Source: Raillietiella orientalis (Eukaryota). Taken from it: DNA of 64,000 nucleotides. Every line of letters begins with the position of its first letter. Position 1 is the stretch's first letter. Both the position numbers and the translations under genes were made by a program. Shown one piece after another: positions 12,101 through 24,399 of this stretch. The notes beneath the pieces were generated by a model. The model made no database searches. It was given only the letters and a program-made list of their open reading frames with translations, and was not told the origin of the DNA. The stretch lies in the NCBI GenBank assembly GCA_036172245.1, contig JAYWIR010000017.1, forward strand, positions 806,001-870,000, read 5' to 3'.

Positions 12101-14613
12101 ACATTCTTAAAGAAAAATAAAAATACAACTTTTCCGCGGTGAGTGAGATATCGAGGAATAGCCATTTCTGCATGGAAGCTTTGGAGCTTTCTGTTTCTAA
12201 AAGGAAATCCTAGCAAATGGAATAGGTGGAGAAGCAGAGGAGAATTTGATTTCCGTCATTCTTCCCAGCATATCCAAGCAGATTTGACAAGCGACAGGTT
12301 CTGCTCGTCCAATCGACTCTTCCCAACACGGATTTTGTCTTTTGAACGCATCCGAGCGTTGCCAAAGCAAAGAGCCAATACACTCTTTGTGTTGGCAAGG
12401 AACTCACTAATCTCTTCCAATTCGGTGGTGCTTTTTGAACTCAAAAGATGACACTCGTTAGTTAAGCGTGACTCAAAGTGGCCAATCAAATTATCCGAAG
12501 TAGTATTCTTGATAACAGAAATTCAATACCTACTACTACAATTCAGTACCTACCACTCTATCCAATACCTAGAAATTTCTGTCTTGTAAGTAGAATGCAA
12601 GGCATCATGGAGTCCTAGATGGCCTCCTGCCAAGAATGTAGAAAGAGGCAGGAAGAGGGATTTAGAGTGAAGCGAGATAAGAAAGGCAAACTGCGGAGGC
12701 ACCGCCATTCCGTGTCAGGTGCAGACTCCCCATCCTAGCTCAATAAGCCTGTGCAAGAAAAAGCTCCACCATTTCGGATTACGTTCTTCACATGTCCACA
12801 TACAGGACACTCTCAACGATCCTCTGCCAAAAGTTGCTCACACACGCGAAAAAGGTGAATCTTCGAGGAGATTGCACTGAATTCCCATGGGAGTCTTAAT
12901 GGGAGCCGTCGCGTTGGCAACATAACTGACCACTAGAGGAGAATCTAGAGTGGGTGGGAGCTGTGTGGAATACATTTCGGAAACGAGCGAGGAAGAAGGA
13001 ACGGCACAAGATTCAGATTTTTTTTCACTCGCTTTTTCCTTTTAGATAATTAATGCATGATACGGCAGCAGGCGACGCTGAATGGATCTCACAAGCATCT
13101 CATATGCGGGATTGTCGAACGGCGGAAGGAAGGAGAGTCTTTCTTGGCCATATTCCTAAGGGATTCTTCTTCATATTTGCAAATGATGATCTCAGCGGAC
13201 TGAACTGCAGCAAGAGAAGTGGAGGAATGGCTTAAGAGGTACGGAAGGCAGATGCATCAACAGGAAAAGTGACGTCAGCTGCGAAGCATCAAACGAGATT
13301 TCCGTGCCGTGCTCCATGCTCAATGTATTCAGGTGCGCTTTATCTTGCAAGGGTTTCGTCTTGTTTCAAGATTGAGAGGCAGAGACGGAACCAAAGAAGC
13401 GTGGAGCAGGCAGAGACCATGGATGCGAAACTGAGATTTGCACGCAGTGAACGTGAGACCGTCGGCATCGTGGAGTGACTCAGGTGAGGCGGACTGGAGC
13501 ACAACGGTCTCGGTCAGTTCGGATCGGGATGAAGAGAGGGTACTCGGTTGCTGTGGCCCGAGGAATTCTGATCAAGTCAGGATCAAGGAAATAGACCTTC
13601 TCTCAGTCAAGGAGGCGCCTCCTTGGAACTCATTTTTCGAGGGGATGACCCAGCACCTGATGCAGGTGGGTGTGTCGGGAATTGATCCTGAATCCTGAGT
13701 AACGGCCAAAAGGATGGAAGCCGAGGGGCAAGGGAAAAGGAACACGGTGACTGTTGGAACCAAGGAAGGGATAATATGCATCTGCGGACGTTGCTTCAGG
13801 GCACACCTCTCGAGACACCGGGGAGCCGATGCAACCCAGCAGTCTGGTTTCCAGGCTGCCAGTGGGAGCAAAGGCGTAGTCACTAAAGTTTCCGCGCATC
13901 CTGCGTGAGAGTAGACCGAGAGCTGGCTTTGCACAAGACAGCAAGGCGCACGGTGCTCGCTGACTCCGCACCTTTCGTCCTCCTCTCTCCCGGAGGGCGA
14001 TCTCGAAAACCGCAGGGGGCAACCGGGTGTCTCACCGAAAGCTTCCTCAAATTCCTGATTCCGCACACGAGGAACGCTGTCCTTCCAGACTGCACGGTGA
14101 CGTTGAACGGGTGCTCCTGCATGAAGGTTGGTCCAACGGTGGATTTTCTGGATCCGTAATACTTTAGACTTTTGGAGAAGGTCAGCAGGTACACCAAGAA
14201 ACTCAGGGTAACTGGAAAGCAATGCAGGTCATTCTGGGTCGCTCTAGAGCAGGAATACCCCCCCGCGCGCGCTGCACAGGAACCCGCAGTTTCCCTTCCT
14301 TTTGCTCGCCGAACAGAAAAAAGGAATGTGCGCCCGGAAGCACAGTCGAGGAACCGAAGAAGGCGATGAGAGGAGGTTGCAGCTCACTGACGCAAGGCGA
14401 CCGCTGACCTTGCGCCACGCACCAAGCTCACCGGCTCGATAACTTCTCTGGTGGAAGGAGCTTTTCCGAGAAACTCCGAGTATTCGCGAGCGTGCAAGAC
14501 GTCGTCTGGATGCAACCCAAGCGCTGCCGTGCTTTGGGATGCTGCTCAAAGATCTTCCGCGTTCAAAGCTCAGCGGAAGCCTTACCGCATCTGCTTTTTT
14601 TTTTCATTTGCAT
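6007..14613 (-). CDS. dpr: Dpr-family (defective proboscis extension response / zig-8-like) two-Ig-domain, probably GPI-anchored protein; join(14613-14586,14211-14036,7064-6854,6801-6502,6134-6007), 843 nt, 280 aa
   Basis: All four introns are GT..AG with compatible phases (1,0,1,1). The spliced product has a signal peptide (MQMKKKSRCVTLSFLVYLLTFSKS), Ig1 (NVTVQSGRTAFLVC..VIWTRRRDAYILS..WTLQIKYATRADSGSYDCQLSSEPKIS) and Ig2 (VAC..FVFWY..DQGNYSC..IHVVK). A Dpr-typical post-Ig motif (EKHPEAMQ) and a hydrophobic C-tail follow. Family recognised; specific paralog not assignable. Confidence 0.9.
6502..6801 (-). CDS. Dpr-like gene exon 4 (Ig2)
   Basis: Acceptor ccacag| after a 52-nt intron, donor AAAG|GTACGT; 300 nt encoding VPELRVQG...VACVL...WY...DQGNYSC...IHVVK. 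Confidence 0.93.
6854..7064 (-). CDS. Dpr-like gene exon 3 (Ig1)
   Basis: Acceptor tatcctcag|GTG, donor G|GTGAG; encodes VIWTRRRD...DSGSYDCQLSSEPKISREVILNVV. Confidence 0.93.
7600..8450 (+). mobile_element. BEL/Pao LTR-retrotransposon integrase fossil in dpr intron 2
   Basis: VILEVSHPL, EHLHPELVTT, CKQPNISD, VRIHLE (RAVHLE), FDACVSSKRTSPSCL (F.SRRG.P) in order across frameshifts. Confidence 0.5.
9570..10800 (-). mobile_element. Ty3/gypsy RNase H-integrase fossil in dpr intron 2
   Basis: LEVEAA..ILNVF, FQVRRIDFGG, MLRLGGITLALSDH, TTPPYEWQT, GPFRI in gypsy order. Confidence 0.5.
11340..11495. repeat. AT-rich low-complexity tract with a short direct repeat
   Basis: TA/CA-rich; TATTATATCATGCTT occurs twice at about 11458-11490. 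Confidence 0.75.
12250..13380 (+). mobile_element. BEL/Pao integrase / C-terminal fossil in dpr intron 2
   Basis: VILPS, MASCQECRK, PPF..FFTCPHTG, WVGAVW, EWLKRYGRQMHQQEK*, YLARV in order. Confidence 0.5.
14036..14211 (-). CDS. Dpr-like gene exon 2 (end of signal peptide, start of Ig1)
   Basis: Acceptor ttgctttccag|, donor TCG|GTGAG; encodes GPTFMQEHPFNVTVQSGRTAFLVCGIRNLRKLS. Confidence 0.9.
14586..14613 (-). CDS. Dpr-like gene, putative coding exon 1 (28 nt, MQMKKKSRC+G)
   Basis: ATG in CAAA-ATG context; donor G|GTAAGG in phase 1, matching the exon-2 acceptor; completes a basic-hydrophobic signal peptide. Short, so less certain. Confidence 0.65.
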
Positions 14614-14964
14614 TTTGAATGTTGTATCAGCTTTCCTCTCAAACAACAATGGCTAGATGGCCTTCATACTCATACAGTTCCTGGAACTCTTGCATCTTCC
14701 TCCAGACGCGTCCGTATCAAGAGTTCGGGTGGAATGAGTCGGAAACGAGCTAGGTTCGCGCTGGGTGTGTCCGAAGCAGGAAGAGAAGTTCAGAGACAGC
14801 ATCTAGTTTGTCACAATCGGGTGCAAAGGGTCGCACCTTCCATCAAGAGCTCAGAGGTCACAGAATGTCTTTCCACGTGCTGATATTCACAGATTCTTCA
14901 CAACAATTCGCGCTTGCGAGACAACCATGGGGATGCAACGCTGTTAGGGAACCCCGTCATTTCC

Positions 14965-15834
14965 TGCGTTGTCGGACGTGTGGCTGCGGCCTCCGCGCGT
15001 AATACCAAGCGTTGTGGGTTCGAATCCCACCCGGGGAAAGAAGCGACCTTGAGAACGAGGTGTGTCGTGGATCTCGAGTCCTTTCCGCAGGATGGAGCTG
15101 GTTGGCTCATGAATTTCGGGTGCAGCAATGTTGGAAGCTAGAAAGCGGATGACCCCGTTGAATGACTGGGATTGGAAGTCAACCCTCCAGGATCTGTCCT
15201 GGAATCAAAGAGCCGGTTACCTCCCAGGTCACCTTCCGGTTGTGAAAATAAAGCCAACTCCCCCTCGAAGAAGAACTCTCCATCATGAATTATGAAGCTG
15301 GTTAACACTTCCTTTGGGGGTTTGCCTCTTCAGAGTGTTAAGAAGCGCTCAGTTTCCATCGAGGGGCTCCCTTCAGAGAAACTGGGAAGCGTCCCTTCGG
15401 AGTTCTGTTCAGAGATGGAAATAAGGAGTGGTCCCCTTGCGTGTTTGTTCCAGACAGGAAATTCTAGGAGGGGATCCTTCCCGGGTTCCTTTCGAAGAAG
15501 AAACGACGAGAGACCCCACAAACCGAGGAATCCCTCCGGAGAGAATGAGGAAGGAGGTTTCCTTCAGGATCTCCACCCAAGAATCAGAGAGGAACGGAAT
15601 CCTGACTCTGTAGCCTTCCTGGATTCATAGAGTGGTCCCTCCGAGGTCACCTCCCGTATAACTTGAAGGGTGACACGCACCCTTGGATGGTGTGAGCAGT
15701 GTTGAAGAGTTTCGTGAGGTCCCTCTAGGAAGGCTAACGGTTCTTTGGTACTCCATGAGAACCACAAAAAACAAAAGATGGAAGGGAAGCAACGAAACCC
15801 GAAGCATTTCTATCACCGAAAGGATTTCTATCAT
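14965..15834 (+). mobile_element. tRNA-headed long SINE-like repeat, copy A (apparently full length, 870 bp)
   Basis: B-box GGTTCGAATCC at 15017-15027; colinear similarity to copies B-D; 10-bp TSD CGTCATTTCC at 14955-14964 and 15835-15844; tandem tail CCGAA.(C/G)ATTTCTATCA x2. Confidence 0.85.
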
Positions 15835-15844
15835 CGTCATTTCC

Positions 15845-17850
15845 CAAACCTTGCACGCTTAGAACGGCTCTCAGGGAAGTCTCTGGCCATCTCAAACAGG
15901 CAGCATGGAGAAAAAATGCGGAAAGAAAGGGGGTGAGGAGATCAAGGCGGCAAAGAGGAAACTCCTACCCGGAATCCAGAAGGAAGTGCCTATTTCAGGA
16001 TGGAAGTGGACGAAGTTGGTAGGATTACTGCCTCCAAGAGAGGCCTTCATCACCTCGAGGACCGATCACAGCTACAGCCAAAGACGTAAAGGACTTTTGA
16101 AAGGAGAGTTCTTCCCAGGAGTTCCCTGAATTTCGATGGTCCATCAGTCCACACAGGAATTTTTCAAATTTCTAACAAGACGCGAAACAGAAGGTTTAGA
16201 GATTCGAGGAAGTTCTGGAAATAAGGGATGGAACAGTCGGACACGATGATGCGTCTCGAGGGAGGAAATCCACGGAAATGGCATGCTGTCCCGACCCGAC
16301 CATCGCGTCCAAGTCGGACTACTGCCGGGTGATGAGGGAGTTGAACACTCTGGGTGCCAGTGGGGGAAAGAAGGAATCTGAGATCAAACCAATTCACATG
16401 ATCAAACCAGGAAGCCGAGAGCATGAGGGGAATCAAACGGTCCTGGGAGGCGTGGAAAACGATGGGGCCTTTGTAAACGGAAGATGCTTGGAAAAAGGAA
16501 ACCTGCATTCGAGGTTGGTTCCCTGCCTGCCTCGCTTTCGTGATGGATGGGAGAATTTCAGGGAGAAGGACTGCGGGAAGAAGCTAAGGGGGACGGAAGG
16601 AGTCCACAAGGCGAGGACTCTTCCCGCGGAAGACAGAAAGAGTTTCGTGGTAGTTATAAGTGTTGAGGTTTCCCGTAGGGAAAGGGTAAGCAGGAACACG
16701 TCATTGAAAATTCGAGGCAAACATGTCTAAACGGGAGCTCCCGAAAGCTCGGGACGAGAGGAGAGACGTGTATGGATTCCACGTGAAATGAAGAAAGAAA
16801 AGTCGGATGAAGGAGCTGCGAGAGTGATTGACGAGAAGAGTAAAAGAAGAGCGATCTCGAGGAGGCAATTCGATCTTCTTTGTCAGAGGGTGTGTAGGCT
16901 TGGAGTTCGCGACCAAGGATGAGGGATGGGTCCAAAGGATGTAGCTCCAAGGACACGAAGGGGAAAACTGTCACTGCGAGATCTGCAGGTGCAGCGTCAA
17001 GTGGTTTTGAAACTGCTCCTCGAAGTCACGATGCTGTAAGAAAAAAGGGAAACAGAAGCGCGAGAGATGTCGTCGCGGTTGAGTTGCAGTTGAAACACCT
17101 CACTGCCGCGGTTGCGGATGGTGACACGCGTCCAGCACTTGTATCAGTCACTATGAAAGGAAAGCACCCTCGGTTTGCCTGCGCCTAAAGGAGTAGAGCG
17201 TTCGTCCACTCCAAATCGCCTCCCCGGCAGAGCAAGCATTCTGGTCGAGGCACTAACCAATTCCAGGTGCAGCAGCGTTTTTCCTCGAGTAGGATTTTTT
17301 CTCTGCGTCTTCTCCTAAACGCCGCTGTGACCTTGGAGCCTCCAGGCATTTCTAGTGACGACATGGGAGACAGGAACGACTCCCCATTCCCTCTCTCCTC
17401 AGCACGTCCTCGAGAGGCGGCAAGGACTATGACCTGGAATTCTTGCCATGGACAACCTCGAGCTTCATCATGACGCGACCTTGGCTACTGGTGCCCCTCT
17501 TCTGTCGAGTCATATCCTCTCCTCCTCTTCGGTCGAGAAAGCAGAAAGCGAGACCCGGAGCTCTCTGGACGCTCCCAAAACTGTCGCAATCCACGCTGCA
17601 GCTTTGCAAAAGCGTCTCTAGAATCTTCGAGGGCTCTTCCGGGTCGGAGCACCGCCAAACGGCTGGCTCCCACCAGGGCGAGGCGGAAGCCGTTTTCGGA
17701 GAGCCCGTCCTGATCACGGCCACGGGTTCGCCTCCTTCTTTGACCACATTTGGGATTTCTCTCAGAAAATTCGGGACGTTCTCTGTCAACACAGTCGGGG
17801 GTGGCAGCTGCTCTGAAGTGAAAGGACCATCTCCTCCCACGATGCTTCAC
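15845..17850 (-). mobile_element. Ty3/gypsy gag-pro-RT fossil, interrupted at its downstream end by SINE copy A
   Basis: Frameshifted zinc knuckle VRCFNCN..RHLSRFC (17050-17105), LILGRE (16910), FNDVF, then RT start HPAVVRLGRDGRVGTACHFR..IPYFQNFLESL (16190-16340). Confidence 0.55.
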
Positions 17851-19049
17851 CCAGAATCCATGCTCGAAGAGGCAGAACTGCGGACGGTCTAATTCATCAC
17901 AGCCCAGATTTCTCCGGGCCATCTTTCCAGAGGGGATTCGCGTTCCAGCCGAGAAGTTCCTTTCGCAAGCGGTTCGGCGGTCCCGACTTTTCCCGGGTTT
18001 ATCCAGAAGGGGAAAAAAAAAATCTCCTTCTGTGGAGGAGGAGGGAAAGACAAACAGGACTCCTTGTCTCTGGAGGACCTGATTGCCCAAATAAATCTCT
18101 GAATTAGCATTCCTCATCAGGGCTCTCTGCTGCCCCGACCTGGGCGACGTTTAAGGCCCCGCAGGTCGGAAAGGGGCCCAAAAGCCCCTCTTGTGCCGCC
18201 CTGACGAGCCTGCGGCGTCAGTCATCAGGTTCGGCCAGTTCCCCTCTCCAGGAGGCGTGCATGTCACCGCTCGCCGTTCGATCCGATCGAATGCTGTCGA
18301 AAGATGCACAGCATCCCGGATACGCACCACTCCCCCGCGCAGGGGTGCTCTCGGTCCGCCTCCCTTCCTTTCGCAGAGCTGTCGCGATTGGAGGCGCGGG
18401 TCGTTTGAAGGAGGGGCCATCCCAGTCTTCTGGATTTCCCGGCTGCTTTTCGGAACCTGCAGTTCCAGCTCGTCATCGCGGGTGCGCGAGCGCGCCTAGC
18501 GGTAAGATGGGACGACGATCTGGATGCCGGGTGGAGGCGCCTCGAGGCATGCGGACTGAGGAGTCACCCGTCACTGCGCCCGGAACCTCTTACAGGGAAC
18601 AGACTCAGCGGATGAGGAGTCGCGAAGGGCTCGCGGCAGCCTCACCATCGCGTTCCAATAGTTTCGCGTTGTGTCATTTCGAGCGGGAGAGGTGCCAGAG
18701 GGGGTCGCGCACGGAGGTGAATGCGACGGGGAAAGAGAGAAAGGAAGGATCCTCCCACGCAGCCTCCGGCATGAGGTCCAGCTCAGGCGCCCCGGTGGCC
18801 TTTCCCGCAGGTAGGCTGGCGGGGCTCTTGGAACTCGTCCCTGCGTGGGAGGAAGACTGTTGCCTGCCGGCCAATGGAGGAGGGCGAAAGTGTGGCCTCA
18901 GAGGATGGGTCCCCCTTAGAAAGATCCTCCCGGTCCCTGCTCTCGGGAATGCTGCAGCGGTGCCGCCCGAGAGATGCATTTGCCCGTCGTCTGCAAAGGG
19001 TCCGCAGCCTCCCCTCTCACCGAAAATCCCGGGAAAGCAAGGGGATCAC

Positions 19050-21230
19050 GGAGCCGACGAGACGAGGAACTGTCGCTTGGAGGTAGGGAGAGGGAGAGGG
19101 GGAGAACTCCCATTTTTCGCACGCACAAACGTGCGAAGGAAAAAATCCCCGCCGAAGACTGTCTTTGGGACTGCGGGTGCTCTCTGGACGGGCAAGACCT
19201 GCCCCCAGAGAAACGGCCGACAGAGGGAGGGTGCAGACCACCTATGGCCTACGGTCGGGAAGACACACAGAACGATTCCCGCCTTTTCGCGAGTCCCTCG
19301 GCTTCCGAGCGCGCGGCGGCGCATCCATCAAGATTTTGGAGGTTCGTGAGTTCGGAGGAAAATACCGGGAGCAGCGAACTTTCCCGGGGCTCACAAGAAC
19401 GAGAGAGAATGGTCCAAGCTCTTCCCTTTCGAGACGAAACCAGGAAATCCGAACCGCTCGGAAGTTCTCCCAGAGGGAACGTGGAGCGAGCTGACATCGT
19501 CTGCTGTCAGAGCCCACCCTCTCGAGCGGATCTCACGTGATCGGGGAAAGCGAGGAGCACGGCATCGCACTGGAAGACCCGCTTCGCAGAAAGACATCGA
19601 AGCCACCTGCTTCCCTGTGAGGAACTCCAGGATGGGCTAGAGGGATGTGAAATCTCCGTGGTAGCCTGCAAGGGGCAGCAGTTGCCTGCAGGAGATGTAT
19701 AGACTCGAGATTCTTTAACCAGTTGGATCTGGGATCAATTCTTCGGGTTACGGGAAACTTCCTGAGGGTTCTCCACGCGATGGTGATTGACTTCCATGTA
19801 GGCAGCAAATTTCAGAGGGAACGAAGGAGAACGAAGACCGGGACTGCTTTCCCCAGACCTTCCAGGCTCTTCTGCCTAAAACACCGCGAAAGATCCCGGA
19901 AGCCAATGATCCCGCCAGGCATCTGGGGAGCGGAGTCTGACCGCCCTCTCTCTTAGCCTCGGAACGCAATGCATCCCCCATCAGCGAGCGGAGAAAGGAC
20001 AGCGTCCTTCGTTTGCAAGTCAAATTCGTTGGGGCTGCGCTCTGACAGATTACGTCTCTGAGGGAGGGACCAGTCCCTGTTACAGTGCTACAGGACGGGA
20101 GAAGGTGGCTCCAGTCTCCCATCTGCTGGTGGAGCTTCCCTCGGAATTTCCCGGTTTTTTTTTTTTGCTACCCCTGCAATGATCCATCTGGGTGCGCATG
20201 GGAAACCGCCACCGTTCGCAGTGGTGCTGAGTGAAACTGGCCAAATCAGCGCTGCTGCTGATCTCGGCCAATATTCCCGGGAAAAGGAGGAGGGATGCCT
20301 TGAAACGAACTCGCAGAGGCTGGAAAATGGATTTTCCGGTTCGCGATAGGGCCGAAGGCGCCTCAATCAACTGACCAAAATAGAAAAAACCGGTTGCTCG
20401 GAGGAAGAGAAGCGGCTTTCAGCTGATTATCTGTACCACGAGAGGTCCAGCTTTCCTTGATTTTGCGAACGAGAGAGATCTAAGACGCCGATTGGAGAGG
20501 CAGTTGGTATGCACAAGTCGTTCGTCACGCCGGTTGGAACTTCGAGAGAGAGAGAAAAGAGGGGGAAAAAACTCATCATTTCAGGATCTGCTTTCATGAC
20601 TTTTTCCATGGATGGGATCGCTTCGAATGGGAAAGTCTCTCTAGGAAGCTGGAAAGGTCCCGCAGGCGGATGCTGCCGAGAAGAAAGGATTCTTGGAAGC
20701 TCCAGCAAACGGGAGCGATCTTCGGAGATGGAGAACTCGTCTGTCACGACGTTGCAAATGAAAATAGCCGCACAAAGGCCGACGGAGGGGATACAGGCAA
20801 GGCTGGGTGAGGACAAAGGCAGTGCCAGATTCGAGAAAGCCCACAATAGGCGCTGGCTCGTCATCTGTAGGGCAGGGAAACAAAGAGGTGAAGCGGGTGC
20901 TGCTTTGTTAAATGGGAAACTTTCTCCGGTCTGGACGACGCAGCTATCTCGATGCGTTATCTTTCTAGGGGCAAAATTTCCTCTGGGGTCATCCATGGGC
21001 AGTTTCGAGTCGTTCCTGTCTCCTTTATCTTCTCATCTGATTCTCCTGATCCTGGTCGCGGTGATGGATCCAGAGATCCAGAGATCCCTGGATCCCTGGA
21101 AGGAGCCCACACTTTCCCCGAGCAGCCATTTGGCGAGACGGTCTCTTCCCTGCCGTTTCGTGATGAGACTGCCGCCTGCCACTGCTCGACCAGAAGGGGC
21201 TACCGATCTTCCCTTTCTTTCCCCTGTCAA
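19050..21230 (-). mobile_element. Ty3/gypsy pol fossil (RT, RNase H, integrase)
   Basis: VAPSGRAVA..LITKRQGRDRL, FPFNKAAPAS, ELPRILS, PTASPIGV, AESRFSSSEQ..LRRLRPY, RSNWLKNL..APCR, RTFVRAKNGSSP in order. Confidence 0.65.
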
Positions 21231-22049
21231 GGCGGCTACGAGGTGCCGCAGGATTGAAAGCGCTCTCGGAACCGGGCGGCTTCCGTCAAGAGCGAGTCAC
21301 TCGGCTGCCAAAAGTGCCCCGAGGTTGATGAGCTCAGAGGCATCCTTGCGAAAAGAGATCGAGCTGGTCAGTCTGCTCAGTCCGCAAGGCATCCAAAGAG
21401 TGCAATCATCCAAGTGCAGTCGTGACACCACAAAACAACAAAACGGGATGGAAACGCACTGCTCCAGGAACCTGAGTGAAGGAACCTGAGCCTTGAGTGA
21501 AGACGCGATCACATCTGGAGCATCACAAAAATGCCCAACGATAAGAGTGAAGGGAGAGGTCGCCGAGAAACGAATCCTGAATTTTAAGGAAATACAAGCT
21601 CAGTAAACACCTAAAGAATGTGGAACGTGCAAGGGAGCAATGAAGGTTCATTTTCTTCGTCGGAATCGCTCTCCATGGAGGAAGAGGTGTTTCATTAGAA
21701 GAATGAATGAAAAAGACAGAGATTCGAAGTGCTGATACTGTCAGAGCGGCGCCTGAAATATTCAATCCTTCAGTTGAAAAAAAAATGAAGAAGGAAAAAA
21801 AAAATTCAGAACGCGGGTTTCAAATTTTTCAAGACGAGAATGAAGGGACGCCTTCAGAAACGGTGGGAGGCGGTCGCTTAGGCAGCGTGACCCGTAGAAT
21901 GGAATTGATGGCCCAGAAAGCAAGACTTGAGATTTTATCTGCATTTCATTCGCCTGTTTTAGCTGCAATCCTCAACACATGAACTGAGCCCCGTCGTAAA
22001 ACAAAGAGGGAAGTTTAGCGTTGAGATGGCAAAAAAGATATATAAACTA

Positions 22050-22520
22050 TTTCTTGGAAAGTCCCTGGGAAGGATCAGGAATCACTCCTGAACGATCTTA
22101 ACTTCTGAAGCTCCGCGTTTGAAACAGTGCAATCATCCCCAAGGACGTCGTATCAACAACAATCATGCCTATTCGAGAGGATACCCAAATCACCTCGTGT
22201 GGTAGAAAGGATTCTGCAGAGAGGCTGAGCTCGCACTAGAAGTGATGATTACAGAAATTAGGAGAAACCTAACAGCAGCGCGAAAACCGCTTGTTTGACG
22301 GCTCCCAAGGTACGCAGGCGGAGGCAGCGATAGCAGCGATGGCCGAGGAACCTCCAGGAACAACGACAGGAGCCAGGAAGAATTCGCCCAGTTTGCGATC
22401 GAGTCTTTTGGGCTGTCATCAGAAGCAGCGCTCGAAAGTGTTCCCAAAAGGAGTCCAACAAAGTATGAAAAGTGTTTCTACGACTCTGCAAAACAACACT
22501 ATCGACATGCATTTGTGATG
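22050..22520 (+). mobile_element. BEL/Pao integrase C-terminal fossil
   Basis: VMITEIRRNLTAARKPL (cf. L.EIE..LNSRPL) followed by FYDSAKQHY (cf. FW..W..EY); few motifs. Confidence 0.4.
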
Positions 22521-24399
22521 AACAATGTGCAATTTTCCACGCTACGAACTTCATCGGATCCTCATCAAGATGAGCTTCCGGGATGAAAGTTGCTAATGGC
22601 AGCGTTGGCGTGAAAAAAATACACAATTTTGATTGAACTCGTTCGAGGATTTTCTACACGCAAATGAATTTTTCTTCATTTTGAAATCTTTACAGGTGAG
22701 AGGGAGGATTCTTCCCGAGGCACAAGAAGCATTGCAAACAAAGCCCAAAATTCTTCCGAGTATCTTAGCATCGGAGACTAATGAGTATCGGAAATTATGC
22801 TGCCTGCTCCGCCAGCATCTTATCTTCCTCTCGTAGATGCTTTTTACTCACTGACGCTACAGCGTCGCTGCTTTCCTCTAGTCTGTGCGTTCTCTTGAAA
22901 TTTTTCTCCAAAGGAAAGACTCATCTCGATCAATTTTCCTGTAACGATATCATCTGAGCAGGGAATTCCCTAGTTCTCTGGTGTAAGCAGTTTCGTATTC
23001 CTTTCTTTCAACATGCAGGATATTTCACGATCCTTTGTACCTTCATACAATAAAGGACAACTTGTTAAGGACTCCGTTACAAGGATGAACCAAGTGCCCA
23101 GTATAGTAAGGAGCACACGAATGTGTTTTTGCGAATCTGTGTTGTGATTTTTGCGAAATTTTTGCACGTTCCTGAATGCATTCTTTTTCATGATATTAGA
23201 ACGTTGCTATAGCATATTCTTGATATCATCGTTAAAGTAGGGAAAACATGTTATGTGCAAGCGTCTTCATTCTGTCAATGTTTCTTCTGAGATGTAACAC
23301 CTCAACAAAAAACTTTATTGATGCAAAAACATGGGTTGCATCCAAAGAGGTTAACCGTGTTTTTTTTTTTTTTTTTTTTTGTTTAACAGCCTGTAGTTAT
23401 TTCACCACGAAATAAAGCATTCCTTGTGATGGGTTTTAAGAACGAATCTGACCATCTCCATATTTTTCTTCATTCCTTTAAGCGTCATGATTTATGTGAA
23501 AATTACACCATACGCAAGTATCATCATCATGTTTTACAACAATCACAATCTTCTTTGCATGTCACGGAGCAGATTTTGTAGCAATACGCAGTTTAGAGGA
23601 ATTCGCGTTGCAGTTGTTGCTTTACATGGATCGCTGGGATTCAGATTCACCCGAAGATGGCATATTACTTTATGTGAAGGAATGAGCGAGAACTTCTCAG
23701 TAGGAAAAGCTCTGAGTCACTATGATGTATTTCGAACTCATGATCGTACTGCCTGTTCCAACGGACGAAGTATCGTTAAATCCGTGAGGGCACAAAACGA
23801 GATGAAAAAGAAGTGAAAAAATGATGGAAGAAAAGCAAATTCCCTCTTATGAGAGTTCTTATTTATGGAGATGTTTCTCCCAGACGCTTCCAAAAAAGCA
23901 CCGAAGGCGTTCCAAACGCAAGCACCACCTGGCACTTCCGCCATCAGCAATGCGGTACCCGAAGGAGAGAAAATCTGTCTACAAGTCCGTTGCTCTCGCT
24001 GCACCTGCATTGGGAATTCAAGAATGAGTTCCCACTGAATCTTTTCTTTTTACAGCAAGAGCGAGGGAGTCCCGGAACTCAGCTGCTACTCGGTAGCTTT
24101 GGGGTTATTCCTTTGATATACTGCCGCGTGAGGAAGTGATAGATCAAACTGCTTCACTGGCAAGTGCACTTACAAAACTCTTTTTTATATATACGAGATT
24201 TATCCACGGACTAAACAGGAAGTTTCATAAGATGGAAGCACTCCCGGATGCACAATTAAAGGAATAGCAAGTAATACATCAAAGGGCCAAAACACTGCTT
24301 TAATTATCGGTTTATCAGACTTTCAGCAGAAATATTACATGGACCGAGAGGCAGATATGAAATACTTTCCAAACATCACAACAGAGCACAACTACACAC

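Noticed and set aside
14965..15040. Functional tRNA genes at the four GGTTCGAAT sites
   Set aside because: No complete cloverleaf or T-run terminator; each continues into a shared repeat body.
18261..21489. 362-aa and 326-aa plus-strand ORFs
   Set aside because: No recognisable domains; largely antisense to a GC-rich gypsy fossil.
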